Shown here: positions 53,046-62,887 of the stretch, in pieces
Layout of the letters: the number at the start of each line of letters is the position of its first letter
Numbering within the stretch: the first letter of the stretch is position 1
UHGV virus genome: UHGV-1362809
Reading direction: 5' to 3' (one strand)
DNA length: 64,000 nt
DNA from: a virus
Translations under genes and position numbers: made by a program
Notes under the pieces: model-generated
What the model saw: the letters and a program-made list of their open reading frames with translations, nothing else
What the model was told of the DNA's origin: nothing
Database searches by the model: none

Positions 53046-54272
53046 ATGAAAAAACGCTTATTAAAAGCTGTTGTTCGTAGTGGAGTTTCTTCTTGGAAAC
53101 TTTTTGACTATGACGACAAAAAGTCTCAAATTAAGGCAGTTACTCCTTTTAACTACCTGTACAAATTTGCAACTTCAAGATTGGAGTTGACTGTAGGGGA
53201 TGTTTCCCTGGCGGTAAAAGTACTTGGTTCCTTTAAGGGTATGGGATTTTTGTTTGAAAAGGACGAAAAACTTTTTAAGGCTGAAATCAATAATGGTGTT
53301 GCCTCCTTTGTAGAATTTACTGGAATCAATACTCCCTTTGTGATTATTGAACAAGGTAACACTATCGAGGAATTAAATTCTATTAAATCCTTTGCAGAAA
53401 AAGGAAACGTAGTATTGGTTGCGGGATGTAGTTTTAAACATAATCCTCCTGAACTTTCACTTACGTTGTCAAATAAGCAGGTGGTGGATATCGACGACCC
53501 TACCGTTCCCGTTAAGGAAAATGATCCAGACCGTGTATTTGTTGTTTCCGGTACAGCTTCCGAAGGAATTACTATCAATGGCAAAGGGGCGGAATTAACT
53601 GACGTTGTTTTGACCTCTGATTCACGTTTGCGTGTTGATGCTTCTGAACACGTCAAGATGTCAAATATGAAAGTACAAGGTTCTTTCACAAAGTCTAAAG
53701 GTAATTCGCAGACTATTATTAACGCATCTAGCATCGACATTGCAGATTCCTCTTTCGAGGCAACTGGTTATAATGCCGTTGAGTGCGGTATGTGGTCTAA
53801 ACCGACGGAAATTAATATTGAAAACATTGTTTTTAGTGGAAAGCTAGACAATAATGCCATCAATGTGTTTGATACTGCGGATGGGGCTGTGGTGAATATT
53901 AAAAACTGTGTGTTTGACGATGTTGCTAACCCTGTTAGAATTAGTAATAATTCTAACGCAAAGGTTACCTACAACTTTATAGATTGTGAAGTTAAGAAAT
54001 GGAATTCTCGTGTTGAGTATCGAGGCTTGATGCTTTTCCAGGATTACACTTCAAAAAGTGCCGAAGACTCTAAGAAAAACAATATGTTCGGTCCAGATAA
54101 AATGACCGTTAATATTGTCAACTGCACTACGCCTAATGGTAAGATAGGACCTGTTGAAGACTTATCCACGGTATGCGGTACTAAGGACGCTAACCAACTG
54201 TTTTATATGTATGATAAAGAAGGCGAAGTTGCCTATAGTGCTGACCGTTTCCCAGTTATTACAATTAAATAA
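53046..54272 (+). CDS. putative right-handed beta-helix protein (408 aa)
   Basis: Repeated N/V/I-rich rungs (NIKNCVFDDVANPVRISNNSNAKVTYNFIDCEV). N-terminal 40 aa shared with the next gene. Confidence 0.55.
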   Translation: MKKRLLKAVVRSGVSSWKLFDYDDKKSQIKAVTPFNYLYKFATSRLELTVGDVSLAVKVLGSFKGMGFLFEKDEKLFKAEINNGVASFVEFTGINTPFVIIEQGNTIEELNSIKSFAEKGNVVLVAGCSFKHNPPELSLTLSNKQVVDIDDPTVPVKENDPDRVFVVSGTASEGITINGKGAELTDVVLTSDSRLRVDASEHVKMSNMKVQGSFTKSKGNSQTIINASSIDIADSSFEATGYNAVECGMWSKPTEINIENIVFSGKLDNNAINVFDTADGAVVNIKNCVFDDVANPVRISNNSNAKVTYNFIDCEVKKWNSRVEYRGLMLFQDYTSKSAEDSKKNNMFGPDKMTVNIVNCTTPNGKIGPVEDLSTVCGTKDANQLFYMYDKEGEVAYSADRFPVITIK

Positions 54273-54284
54273 TGGGAGGTCGGT

Positions 54285-54863
54285 ATGATTAAGAAACGTT
54301 TGCTGCGTGCAATTTTAAACTCCGGCGTATCCGCTTGGAAGGAATTTAGTTATGACCAGAAAAAGGTAGCAATTTTAGAAGTTACTCCTTTTGACTACAA
54401 TACTAAATACGCCTTGGTTCAACTTCCTTCTATTGAAGTTGGTAAGGACGCTGTATCTTTTAACTTAGACATCAAAGGAAACTTTATAGATTTCGGAATG
54501 TTGTTTATACGCAATTCTGAATTAGTCAAGTTAAGCATCAATGATGGTGTCGCACACCTTGAACAGGTGGACATTAAAAAGAGTCCTGTTTTGGTTATAG
54601 GTAGAGGTAACACTGAACAGGAAATTGACAGTGTGGAACAGTTGTCAATTTCCGAAGGTACTGTTTTGACACCTATTGCTGGTGTTAAGTTTAAAACTTC
54701 TATTCCCACTATAACTCTCGGTATTAAAATTGCGGAGTCAAGTGATGAAGAAGTGGTGGACCCTGTTCAACCACAGCCAGAACCAGAAGAACCTGCAAAG
54801 GAAGAACAACAAACTGAAGAAGTTGTAAACCCTGTTGACTTAGAGTTCCCAACAGAGGAATAA
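54285..54863 (+). CDS. paralogue sharing the N-terminal module of 53046, with acidic Pro/Glu-rich C-terminus (192 aa)
   Basis: MIKKRLLRAILNSGVSAWKEFSYDQKKVAILEVTPFDYN versus MKKRLLKAVVRSGVSSWKLFDYDDKKSQIKAVTPFNYL. Confidence 0.55.
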   Translation: MIKKRLLRAILNSGVSAWKEFSYDQKKVAILEVTPFDYNTKYALVQLPSIEVGKDAVSFNLDIKGNFIDFGMLFIRNSELVKLSINDGVAHLEQVDIKKSPVLVIGRGNTEQEIDSVEQLSISEGTVLTPIAGVKFKTSIPTITLGIKIAESSDEEVVDPVQPQPEPEEPAKEEQQTEEVVNPVDLEFPTEE

Positions 54864-54874
54864 CTCCTTACTAC

Positions 54875-54907
54875 GGGGTGCGTGAAATTCACGCACCCCT
54901 ATTTTTG
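54875..54907 (+). terminator. rho-independent terminator
   Basis: ggggtgcgtgaaattcacgcacccc followed by tatttttg. Confidence 0.7.
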
Positions 54908-54973
54908 TCTTGATTTTTACCCTGTTTTTTAGTATACTGTAAATAGTAATAAGTTGACAAAAGGAGTATGACT

Positions 54974-55183
54974 ATGACTTATGAGGAAGCAGTATGTTTG
55001 ATGAAGCAAGGTAAAATGGTGCGCCGGAATAATGGCGTATATTTTATACGAGATGGTAAATCAATGTGTTTGGTAATAGATTCCTATCCAAAAGATAAGG
55101 ATACCAGAATTGATACCTTTTTGATTGATTCAGATATTGATGATTTTGACAGAAATGCTACTGACTGGGAGGTAGTAGGATGA
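54974..55183 (+). CDS. hypothetical protein (69 aa)
   Basis: ATG 54974 after aaaaggagtatgact. Confidence 0.45.
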   Translation: MTYEEAVCLMKQGKMVRRNNGVYFIRDGKSMCLVIDSYPKDKDTRIDTFLIDSDIDDFDRNATDWEVVG

Positions 55184-56121
55184 TTTGGTTGTGTGTTTGT
55201 TTATGGGTTTGTACCTATTTGTTTTTCGCCAATGTGGCTGATGACTGCTATACTTTTGACGGAGACGCATTAGAACAACGTATTTTTAAACTGTGTTGCC
55301 TGTTGTTAGCCCCTTTGCTTGTCGTATGGTATATTGCTATAAGCCTATTTGACTTTAAGTTGTCCTACAAGACAAAACGTTGGTTGGTAGGGTTGGAGCT
55401 TGGTAATTTAGATTGGCAGTTCTGGTTTCCTGTTGGTAAAAGACAACGTCATACTTTTTATGGTACGAGCAGACGTCAATTCTACCATTATAAGTATGTT
55501 TTATCCGAAACTTTGGTGCGCTGGTATCGTAATATAAAACTGCTTAACCCATTTAGCTTGTACGCTAATTTTGTTGGACAACAGCTGTTATCTCACATGG
55601 ACGCAAAGCTGTATGAAAACAATTTAAGCAGAGTGTATGAAGTAGATAAGACAGTATTTTATTCGTACACGGTTACTTTTGGTTATCTTACCATTTATTC
55701 CTATGAAGAAGACGAACAGTTCGATACTAAGAAAAATATTACTACTTTGTATCAAGGCTTCATTTATACTTCTAACCAAGCATCTAAGGTATTTAGACTG
55801 TTTATGTCTAATCCTTCGTATAAGTACTGGCACGAGGGAATGTTCTGTAGAGGTTTGTACTGTTATCTATTATTTCTTATAAATGGAGACAATGCAGACC
55901 TGTATAAAAAACAGGTTAAAAAAGTAGGTAAATATACTATGCTTGGGTATATTATAAGCCAGTGGTGTATACATTGTTCTAATACATCATTTATGAAGGC
56001 TCTGTACAATGTAATGTTTTATGTAGTATGCGGGTCTAAGAAAGATGTGCAGCAATACTTAGAAATAGCTTTGGGGCAATGCAAAACTTATGTTCCTGCA
56101 TTTAGAATAAACTTTTATTGA
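55180..56121 (+). CDS. membrane protein (313 aa)
   Basis: N-terminal hydrophobic segments; ATGA overlap. Confidence 0.5.
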   Translation: MIWLCVCLWVCTYLFFANVADDCYTFDGDALEQRIFKLCCLLLAPLLVVWYIAISLFDFKLSYKTKRWLVGLELGNLDWQFWFPVGKRQRHTFYGTSRRQFYHYKYVLSETLVRWYRNIKLLNPFSLYANFVGQQLLSHMDAKLYENNLSRVYEVDKTVFYSYTVTFGYLTIYSYEEDEQFDTKKNITTLYQGFIYTSNQASKVFRLFMSNPSYKYWHEGMFCRGLYCYLLFLINGDNADLYKKQVKKVGKYTMLGYIISQWCIHCSNTSFMKALYNVMFYVVCGSKKDVQQYLEIALGQCKTYVPAFRINFY

Positions 56122-56132
56122 GGAGAATAATT

Positions 56133-56513
56133 ATGGGGTTCAAGAGAAAATTTTATGAAGAACGTGCCCTGTTGATTAAAGCTGTTTATCAAACGCTTCA
56201 TTTAGGTCTTCTTAATTGTATTCCTACAATTTCTAATTTGGAACATCATACATGGGATAAACAGGAGTGCATAAAGGCTAATATATTTTTTACTAAGGCT
56301 ATTAATATGTTTGCCGAGAAAAGCTATGACCTACAACATGCAAAGTTAAAAGAATGTTGGAATCTTTTGTTGGAAGTTAATGATAGCCTCAATATCATTA
56401 GGAAAAATGCTAATTCTAAACAGGAGGACTGTAGTATTGGGTACTTCCAACACGATTTTATTAATTTGACAAACATACTGGCTAGCACAATATATCTGCT
56501 GGACGAAAAATGA
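56133..56513 (+). CDS. hypothetical protein (126 aa)
   Basis: ATG 56133 after ttgaggagaataatt. Confidence 0.45.
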   Translation: MGFKRKFYEERALLIKAVYQTLHLGLLNCIPTISNLEHHTWDKQECIKANIFFTKAINMFAEKSYDLQHAKLKECWNLLLEVNDSLNIIRKNANSKQEDCSIGYFQHDFINLTNILASTIYLLDEK

Positions 56514-56890
56514 CGAAGCTGTTTGCGTGTGTGATAAAAGCAGGGTTAGAAGAATGTAAAAAATCTACTTTTAGTCCTAAGATTGGTGCCGTAGTGTTCA
56601 AAGGTAAAAAGATCTATAGCACTGGTCATAACGGAATAAGAAGTAGTAGTATTTCTATGAAACACCGTCATTGGGAAGAATCCTTACACGCTGAACAAGC
56701 TGCCCTGCTTAATTTAGACTGGTGTAAACTTAAAGGTGCAAGCATACTGGTGTTAAGGTTGTCTAAATCTGGTAAGCTTGGTATGTGTAAGCCATGTCCT
56801 ATGTGTGAAAAACTTATACGTTATGTTGGTATGAAGGACGTATGGTACTCTACCGTCTCTGGGGAAATTATTTGTGAAAGACTAGACTAA
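56510..56890 (+). CDS. CMP/dCMP deaminase-family zinc-dependent deaminase (126 aa)
   Basis: HAEQAALLN ... PCPMC catalytic zinc-binding motifs of the cytidine/deoxycytidylate deaminase fold. Confidence 0.7.
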   Translation: MTKLFACVIKAGLEECKKSTFSPKIGAVVFKGKKIYSTGHNGIRSSSISMKHRHWEESLHAEQAALLNLDWCKLKGASILVLRLSKSGKLGMCKPCPMCEKLIRYVGMKDVWYSTVSGEIICERLD

Positions 56891-57495
56891 TGACTGTGTA
56901 TATAACTTCCGACTTGCACTTTAACCATTCCAAGGTTATGGAACAACGTGGTTATACCGACCTTGCTAAAATGAATTGGGACTTGATTGATTTTTGGAAC
57001 TCAAAAATCACTGAGAATGATGATGTGTATTATCTTGGTGATTTTTGTTTTGGGGATATAGACCATACTCTAAAGAGTTATAAAATCGAACTTCCTAATG
57101 GCTATGTTTCCTGTAATGATTTGTTACGTCATTTGAGATGTAGAACTCTACATTTTGTAATTGGAAATCATGACACTTCCTCAAAGCTTAAGATATATAA
57201 TAACTACGGATATACGGATAAGACTATTCGTTTTTATTCCTGTTTGACTTATAAAGTATCTGAGTTTGAAAAAGTGTTGTTTACTCACTATCCCATTCAT
57301 CCTTATTTATTTAATGAAGAGTCACGGGAAGGAGTAAAGAAGTTGGGTAATGTACACGGTCATATACATTTTGGAACTGTAAATGATAGTAGGTATATTA
57401 ATGTGAATTATGACGTATGTCATAAGATTTATACCTTGGACGAAGTGTTAGACTATTTTAATGGAGATAAAGATGCAGGAATACAGAAAAATTAA
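56890..57495 (+). CDS. calcineurin-like metallophosphoesterase (201 aa)
   Basis: SDLHFNH, YYLGDFCFGD, VIGNHD, GHIH motifs. Confidence 0.65.
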   Translation: MTVYITSDLHFNHSKVMEQRGYTDLAKMNWDLIDFWNSKITENDDVYYLGDFCFGDIDHTLKSYKIELPNGYVSCNDLLRHLRCRTLHFVIGNHDTSSKLKIYNNYGYTDKTIRFYSCLTYKVSEFEKVLFTHYPIHPYLFNEESREGVKKLGNVHGHIHFGTVNDSRYINVNYDVCHKIYTLDEVLDYFNGDKDAGIQKN

Positions 57496-57742
57496 ACCTT
57501 TGCTGGACAATAATAGAGGCAAGCTTTTGTTAAGTGGGTGGGTAGTTATAAATCTAAATGGAAATTTACCCACTGTTGTACATGAGAATATGGATAGTGC
57601 GAATGATGCTGTGAAAAAAGCAGTAGCTAATGGAGATAAGGGAACTTATTTAGTGTGTGAAATTCGTGCGATTCACGCTTTGGAAATGCACACCTATACA
57701 AATCAAGGACGCATTGATGCTGATTACGGTTTTTGTGGCTGA
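57473..57742 (+). CDS. hypothetical protein (89 aa)
   Basis: ATG 57473 after ggagataaag. Confidence 0.45.
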   Translation: MQEYRKIKPLLDNNRGKLLLSGWVVINLNGNLPTVVHENMDSANDAVKKAVANGDKGTYLVCEIRAIHALEMHTYTNQGRIDADYGFCG

Positions 57743-58064
57743 ATCACTTAAAGCTTGGAAAAGTTTATTTCCTAAGGCTAATGTGGAAGAATATCCTGGA
57801 GTTTCTATCTTAGAGCAAAGACAGTTAGGAGCAAGGTGTAGTTATTTAGCTAAGTCCGAATGGGGTACTATGTCTCCCTTTTTGCTAAATTCCTTTATAC
57901 AATGCGCAAAAGAAGATGGTTTATTTTCTTATGTACGCATTAGGTATATTTATGACAATGGGGACGTTAAGGACTTCACTGATAACTTGCCTGGATTATA
58001 TCGTATGATGTTTAAACCTATGGAAGCTTTGTACGATCCTGCTTTTGAAATAACGGTCAAATAA
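57657..58064 (+). CDS. hypothetical protein (start uncertain)
   Basis: ORF overlapping the previous gene by 85 nt; the true start is probably downstream. Confidence 0.35.
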   Translation: MKFVRFTLWKCTPIQIKDALMLITVFVAESLKAWKSLFPKANVEEYPGVSILEQRQLGARCSYLAKSEWGTMSPFLLNSFIQCAKEDGLFSYVRIRYIYDNGDVKDFTDNLPGLYRMMFKPMEALYDPAFEITVK

Positions 58065-58097
58065 TTTTGAGTAGTATAAACTCAAGGTTATTTAGTC

Positions 58098-58559
58098 ATG
58101 ATATACGAATATAAAGAGGGAAATATTCTAAGTTGCTCCTCCAACATTTTGTTGTGCAACGTAGACGATGTTGGTACTCTTAAGGGATTATGTTGGCAGT
58201 TTTGTCAGCGGTTTGACGGGTTCCAGGATTTTTATATAAATGCTTGTAAAACGAATGTATTTAGTTCTACTTGCATATTGAGTAAGGATTTTGAAGATCC
58301 GTATACCAAATCTATAAAAAAGGTTGTTTGTGTACGGTGCAAGGACTGGGAGGGTAATTCAGATTATTTAGGTCTTAAACTTGGGTTGTTTGAATTGAAG
58401 GAACAGCTATTATGTCTAGACAGTAAGGTTATTGTAGCTGTTCCTCCTCTTGCCTATACTTCTAAACATAATAGTTTATCAAAGGCTACCATAGAGGGTT
58501 TGCTTAAGGAGGTATTTTGGAATACCTCCTGTTTGTTTTGGTTGTATAATTTTAGGTGA
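58098..58559 (+). CDS. hypothetical protein (153 aa); weak macro-domain-like pattern
   Basis: NILLCNVDDVG...KVIVAVPPLAYTSKHNS loosely resembles macro-domain N..AAN...GGG and AFPAISTG blocks; speculative. Confidence 0.4.
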   Translation: MIYEYKEGNILSCSSNILLCNVDDVGTLKGLCWQFCQRFDGFQDFYINACKTNVFSSTCILSKDFEDPYTKSIKKVVCVRCKDWEGNSDYLGLKLGLFELKEQLLCLDSKVIVAVPPLAYTSKHNSLSKATIEGLLKEVFWNTSCLFWLYNFR

Positions 58560-58563
58560 AAAT

Positions 58564-58887
58564 ATGGCTTTAAATGATTATAAATGTCCTTTAGGGTGCG
58601 TTGATTCCGGCGTGGAGCAAATTGATGTCTTGACAGGTTGGGTTATTGGACAAAAACAATGGGCTATGGATAAAGCTACGGAGTTGATGCAAAAAATTAA
58701 AGAGGAAATGGAAGAGCGTAGCAAAAAACGCAACGCCAATAAGCCTCCCGCACCTCCTAAAAAGCCTGACCCTTGTTTAGAAAAATGTAAGGCTCGATTT
58801 CAACAAATAGAGAAAGACGTTAAGGCAGGTAAAATAAAAGAAGAAGATAAAAAACAAGCCTATGTGGATGTAATTATAGAAGAATAG
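58564..58887 (+). CDS. hypothetical protein (107 aa)
   Basis: ORF. Confidence 0.5.
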   Translation: MALNDYKCPLGCVDSGVEQIDVLTGWVIGQKQWAMDKATELMQKIKEEMEERSKKRNANKPPAPPKKPDPCLEKCKARFQQIEKDVKAGKIKEEDKKQAYVDVIIEE

Positions 58888-58977
58888 GTAAATCCTAAGC
58901 TTAATGAAAAATTAGAAGATATTAGGTCTTCGATTATTGTAGAAGGTCAAGCTGCCGTTGGTTGGGCTAAGGACATA

Positions 58978-59367
58978 ATGGATAAGTTAGCTCCTTTGAT
59001 GGAAATGCCTTCTATTGATACTATTCTTACTTGGGTTTCCAGTATTATTAGTCTGCTGAAAGAGTTAAAGGGTAAGTTGCAAGAAATAATTGAGTGTATA
59101 CCAGATCATATTTCTGCTACTACTGGTGCTATTGATGATCTTAAACAAGAATGTGGTATGGGAGAAAAAGATCCAAAAGAGGATAAGCCTATTGATTTTT
59201 CTAAATTAAAAGTAGAATTTGAGCCCATCACTATGGCTGATTTTATGAATGGTAGAAAATTTCCTAAATTGAAATACAAAAAGCCAACGAAGTATTCTAA
59301 AAAATCTATGCCACCTGATAAGTGTTATTCTAAAGCAAGAAATAAAGCCAATAAAGATAGCAAATGA
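58978..59367 (+). CDS. hypothetical protein (129 aa)
   Basis: ORF. Confidence 0.45.
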   Translation: MDKLAPLMEMPSIDTILTWVSSIISLLKELKGKLQEIIECIPDHISATTGAIDDLKQECGMGEKDPKEDKPIDFSKLKVEFEPITMADFMNGRKFPKLKYKKPTKYSKKSMPPDKCYSKARNKANKDSK

Positions 59368-60176
59368 AAATATATAATAAAGATGCATTAGATTTATTAA
59401 AGTCTATAAAGTCGGATTCTATTCATTTTATACACACAGATATACCTTATTATATTACCGAAAACGGTATTACTAAGTCTAGCGAAAGTGGGTATAACTG
59501 GGCTTCTAAAGATAAAAAATGGGATGAGCAGTGGTCTTCACTAAAAAGTTATCGTAGATGGTTGCGTACCGTAGTTAGACAACTTATTAGAGTGCTAAAG
59601 CCGCAACGGCATTGTGTAATATGGTGCAACATTAGAGATATTAGCTATATAACGGATGTGGCTATAAAATATGGTTGCACCATTAATCCTATGTGGGTGT
59701 GGCAGAAAACTAATCCTGTTCCTCAAGCCGCAGGGGTTACACCTAAAAAAGACGTAGAAGTAGCTGTCTGGTTTGTTAAAGGGGACCGAAAACAAAAATA
59801 CTATAATAAGCACTATGGGGCTATTTCTCAAGTTATACGATGTTCTATTCCTCGTAATGAAGGTAGTGATATACGACATCCAAGTCAGAAGCCTTTGTTT
59901 TTGGTAACAATAATAAACTTGTTTTTGTCTAAAAAGGGGTCTATTGTATTGGATCCTTTTGGTGGTACTGGGTCTATAGCAATAAGTGCCAATTTTTTGC
60001 AACGAAATGTTATTGTAAATGACATTGATAAGAAATATTATCAGTGTATAAAAAATAGAGAAAAAGACTTTGATTGTACCAAAGTGTTTGATTACCTAAC
60101 ATCCTTAGGTGGAAATGATGGTAAGCTAAGGAAAATACTAAAATGTTGTCAAAAAAGACCAAAAAGGGTATTTTAA
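59364..60176 (+). CDS. DNA methyltransferase (N6-adenine/N4-cytosine type)
   Basis: Catalytic DIPY (DPPY-like) near the N-terminus and AdoMet motif VLDPFGGTGS near the C-terminus (beta-class order). Confidence 0.75.
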   Translation: MKIYNKDALDLLKSIKSDSIHFIHTDIPYYITENGITKSSESGYNWASKDKKWDEQWSSLKSYRRWLRTVVRQLIRVLKPQRHCVIWCNIRDISYITDVAIKYGCTINPMWVWQKTNPVPQAAGVTPKKDVEVAVWFVKGDRKQKYYNKHYGAISQVIRCSIPRNEGSDIRHPSQKPLFLVTIINLFLSKKGSIVLDPFGGTGSIAISANFLQRNVIVNDIDKKYYQCIKNREKDFDCTKVFDYLTSLGGNDGKLRKILKCCQKRPKRVF

Positions 60177-60178
60177 AT

Positions 60179-60415
60179 ATGATTGAATACTGGAATAAAC
60201 ATTTATCCAGTGGTGGTAATCTTAGTTTGCAGGATTATTCTCATCATTACTGTAAAGCCAACCGACCCTACTACAAGGAATGTATAAAAACCCATTTCGA
60301 TTGCTCCTTGATTGTTACCAAGCAAATGGTTAAGCTTTTTGTACAAGATAGGGATACACTCTTTCAAAAAGGGTTTACTGATATAGAGGTAAAAGATGGA
60401 CATACTATACAATAA
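60179..60415 (+). CDS. hypothetical protein (78 aa)
   Basis: ATG 60179 in frame with track ORF 60143. Confidence 0.4.
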   Translation: MIEYWNKHLSSGGNLSLQDYSHHYCKANRPYYKECIKTHFDCSLIVTKQMVKLFVQDRDTLFQKGFTDIEVKDGHTIQ

Positions 60416-60974
60416 ACAACATTTTTTAAACTTATTGCAATGCGTACAGCGGCAGGGAATTAGTCAGTTAAATCAATATCTTTGCGACTCGGACTTTTTT
60501 ACTGCTCCAGCTTCTGTTAAATACCATGATAGCTACGAAGGTGGTCTGTGTCAACATTCTTTAAACGTGTACAGATACTTAGTCAAACTTGACGATTTTT
60601 ATAAAACACACCTTTCTAAGGAGAGTATGATTATTGTTGGTTTGCTACACGATTTGTGTAAGGTAGACTTTTATGTTCCCACTAAAAGAAATCAAAGGAT
60701 TGATGGTAAATGGCAAGAAGTAGATACCTATACCTACAATGACGATTTTCCTTGTGGTCACGGGGAAAAGTCAGTATTTAGAATTATGCAGTTTATTAAG
60801 CTCAATAAACAAGAAATACTTGCTATTAACTGGCACATGGGTGCATACGACGTTAGAGCAGACCAGTTTAATCAGTTGGATAGTGCATATAGAATAAGCC
60901 CCCTTACCTTTTTATTACATCAGGCTGATATGTCTGCTACTTATATGGGAGTTGAAAATGAAGCAGGAAATTGA
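60396..60974 (+). CDS. HD-domain phosphohydrolase-like protein (192 aa)
   Basis: H...HD arrangement (QHSLNVYRYL ... VGLLHDLCK ... D). Confidence 0.55.
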   Translation: MDILYNKQHFLNLLQCVQRQGISQLNQYLCDSDFFTAPASVKYHDSYEGGLCQHSLNVYRYLVKLDDFYKTHLSKESMIIVGLLHDLCKVDFYVPTKRNQRIDGKWQEVDTYTYNDDFPCGHGEKSVFRIMQFIKLNKQEILAINWHMGAYDVRADQFNQLDSAYRISPLTFLLHQADMSATYMGVENEAGN

Positions 60975-61179
60975 TACTTATGCTAAAATTGCTCTTCATA
61001 ACGATTTTGAACTAACTGAAAAAGCTAACAAAGTTATCAATGCTAAGAAAGTGTTAGGCGTTGGTATAAAGTGTCCTTGTGAGCCTGATAATCACGACCG
61101 ATACTGCGGTTCTAAATTTTGTATGAATGAAGTATCACAGACTGGTATTTGTCATTGTGGCTTATTTCGTAGAAAATAG
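60952..61179 (+). CDS. small Cys-rich protein (75 aa)
   Basis: CPCEPDNHDRYCGSKFC...CHCG. Confidence 0.45.
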   Translation: MKMKQEIDTYAKIALHNDFELTEKANKVINAKKVLGVGIKCPCEPDNHDRYCGSKFCMNEVSQTGICHCGLFRRK

Positions 61180-61206
61180 TGTAGGGTAAATTACTTAGGA
61201 GGTATT

Positions 61207-61530
61207 ATGCCTATTTGTTATGTGTGTGAATCCAGTTTAGCACTACCTAATGGTGTATCAACAGAAGAATGTAATCGGTCTATAGAAGAAACAATCCAGC
61301 AGGCGGAAAAAGCCGTTGACAGTGAAAAGTCCGTTTATACTATGTCCCCGTTTTTTCTACAGCCCTTAATTTTATTTGCCGATGAAAAAGGTGTTTTGGA
61401 TAGCTGGAAACTTGTATTGTTACATGATGATGGTTCCGAGGAAGATAAAACTGATAAGCGGGAACATCTGTTTGAAATGATGTCGTCACCTCTAGACCGT
61501 CTATTTACTACAGCCTGGAAGGACGGATAA
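61207..61530 (+). CDS. hypothetical protein (107 aa)
   Basis: RBS cttaggaggtatt-ATG. Confidence 0.45.
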   Translation: MPICYVCESSLALPNGVSTEECNRSIEETIQQAEKAVDSEKSVYTMSPFFLQPLILFADEKGVLDSWKLVLLHDDGSEEDKTDKREHLFEMMSSPLDRLFTTAWKDG

Positions 61531-61748
61531 TGAAGGTTTGGGAACAAGGTACAAGGTTAAAACACTTTAAAGGGAATTTGTATACCGTTGTTACTATGGC
61601 TTTAGAAGTTTCTTCTGATAAAGAAATTCCTTATTGTGTTTATACTGACGGAAACAATACTTATTGTAGACCTGTTAGTAATATGCAGGATATAGTAGTA
61701 AATTTTCAAGGTAAAAGCGTTCAACGATTTGTAGAGGCGTCTAAATGA
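61530..61748 (+). CDS. hypothetical protein (72 aa)
   Basis: TAATG junction. Confidence 0.45.
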   Translation: MKVWEQGTRLKHFKGNLYTVVTMALEVSSDKEIPYCVYTDGNNTYCRPVSNMQDIVVNFQGKSVQRFVEASK

Positions 61749-62371
61749 TTGTTATCATGACAGGACACGCAGGAGCAGGTAAGGATACCATAGCTGATTA
61801 TTTAGTGTCTAACTATAATTTTACAAAGTTGAGTCTAGCAACTAAACTTAAAGAAGGAGTTGCACATATATTTGGTTGGGATTATGAAATGTTATTAGGC
61901 AGTACTCCCCAATCACGTTTATGGCGAGAACAACCAGACCAGTACTGGTCATCTGTATGTGGTAGACAAATTACTCCTCGTATTGCCCTACAACAGGTAG
62001 GAACCGAATGTTTTAGAAAAGTGTTTGGTGAGGATTTTTGGGTAGGTTGTTTAGCCAAAGAGATTGTTCAAAATAAGTCTAACAATTATGTTATATCTGA
62101 TGCTAGATTTATGAGTGAAATAACCTATCTTAAAAATTTAGGCGGTCAAGTATGGGAAGTACAACGCTCTTTACCTTGGTATTACACTACTATTTGGGCG
62201 GCTAAAAGAGATGGTACTTATGATACTGATCCTGAGGTGCTAAAAATTAAGGAGCAGGTGCATAGTTCGGAACTCGAATGGATTTATGATAATAAGCCTA
62301 TGCACACTATTAGAAATACAAATGATTTTGATACTTTGTACAAGTCGATAAACGAGTTAATGAAATTTTAA
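61745..62371 (+). CDS. deoxynucleoside monophosphate kinase (T4 gp1-like)
   Basis: MIVIMTGHAGAGKDTIADYLVSNY... parallels the T4 gene 1 N-terminus MKLIFLSGVKRSGKDTTADFIMSNY; the C-terminal region VISDARFMSEI matches the VPDTRQDHEM block. Confidence 0.7.
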   Translation: MIVIMTGHAGAGKDTIADYLVSNYNFTKLSLATKLKEGVAHIFGWDYEMLLGSTPQSRLWREQPDQYWSSVCGRQITPRIALQQVGTECFRKVFGEDFWVGCLAKEIVQNKSNNYVISDARFMSEITYLKNLGGQVWEVQRSLPWYYTTIWAAKRDGTYDTDPEVLKIKEQVHSSELEWIYDNKPMHTIRNTNDFDTLYKSINELMKF

Positions 62372-62418
62372 CTTTTTTGTTTTAGTATGAAATCATCAAC
62401 AAATGAAAGGGTTGAAAA

Positions 62419-62613
62419 ATGACAACATACGAACAAGAAGTTAAACAAATGCGTAATCGCCAAGTATTGACGAAGGTCTTTTCAGTTTTATCATTTTTAA
62501 TGATAATGGTCTTTGTCATTGTTGTAATGGTGTATTGCTGGGATAGTGGTATGTCGAAGAACGAACACTACAAAAATTCCAATGCGTGCATATTCAAGTC
62601 AAACTGTAAATGA
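62419..62613 (+). CDS. small membrane protein (64 aa)
   Basis: Central TM helix. Confidence 0.4.
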   Translation: MTTYEQEVKQMRNRQVLTKVFSVLSFLMIMVFVIVVMVYCWDSGMSKNEHYKNSNACIFKSNCK

Positions 62614-62623
62614 GAGGTGCGAT

Positions 62624-62887
62624 ATGGATATGCGTATAGTGATAAGATTGTGTGAGTCTGCATACTCCAATCGTTTTGGGGGTTCTTCTATCAGAATAGT
62701 TGAATGTTCTGATTCAAAGATAGGTTACGGTTTGGATTTATCAGACATACCTACCGACCAACATTCCTTAGTATCTACTCGTTTTAATAAAATTTTAGAG
62801 GAAGTATGCACTATAATAGCCTACTCCTCGAAGGACGATCTGCGATACTATATGAGCGGTAAACAAGTATCTCTTAGTATTAATTAA
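62624..62887 (+). CDS. hypothetical protein (87 aa)
   Basis: Internal ATG 62624 after gagagg, downstream of the previous stop; the track ORF 62546 overlaps the previous gene. Confidence 0.45.
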   Translation: MDMRIVIRLCESAYSNRFGGSSIRIVECSDSKIGYGLDLSDIPTDQHSLVSTRFNKILEEVCTIIAYSSKDDLRYYMSGKQVSLSIN

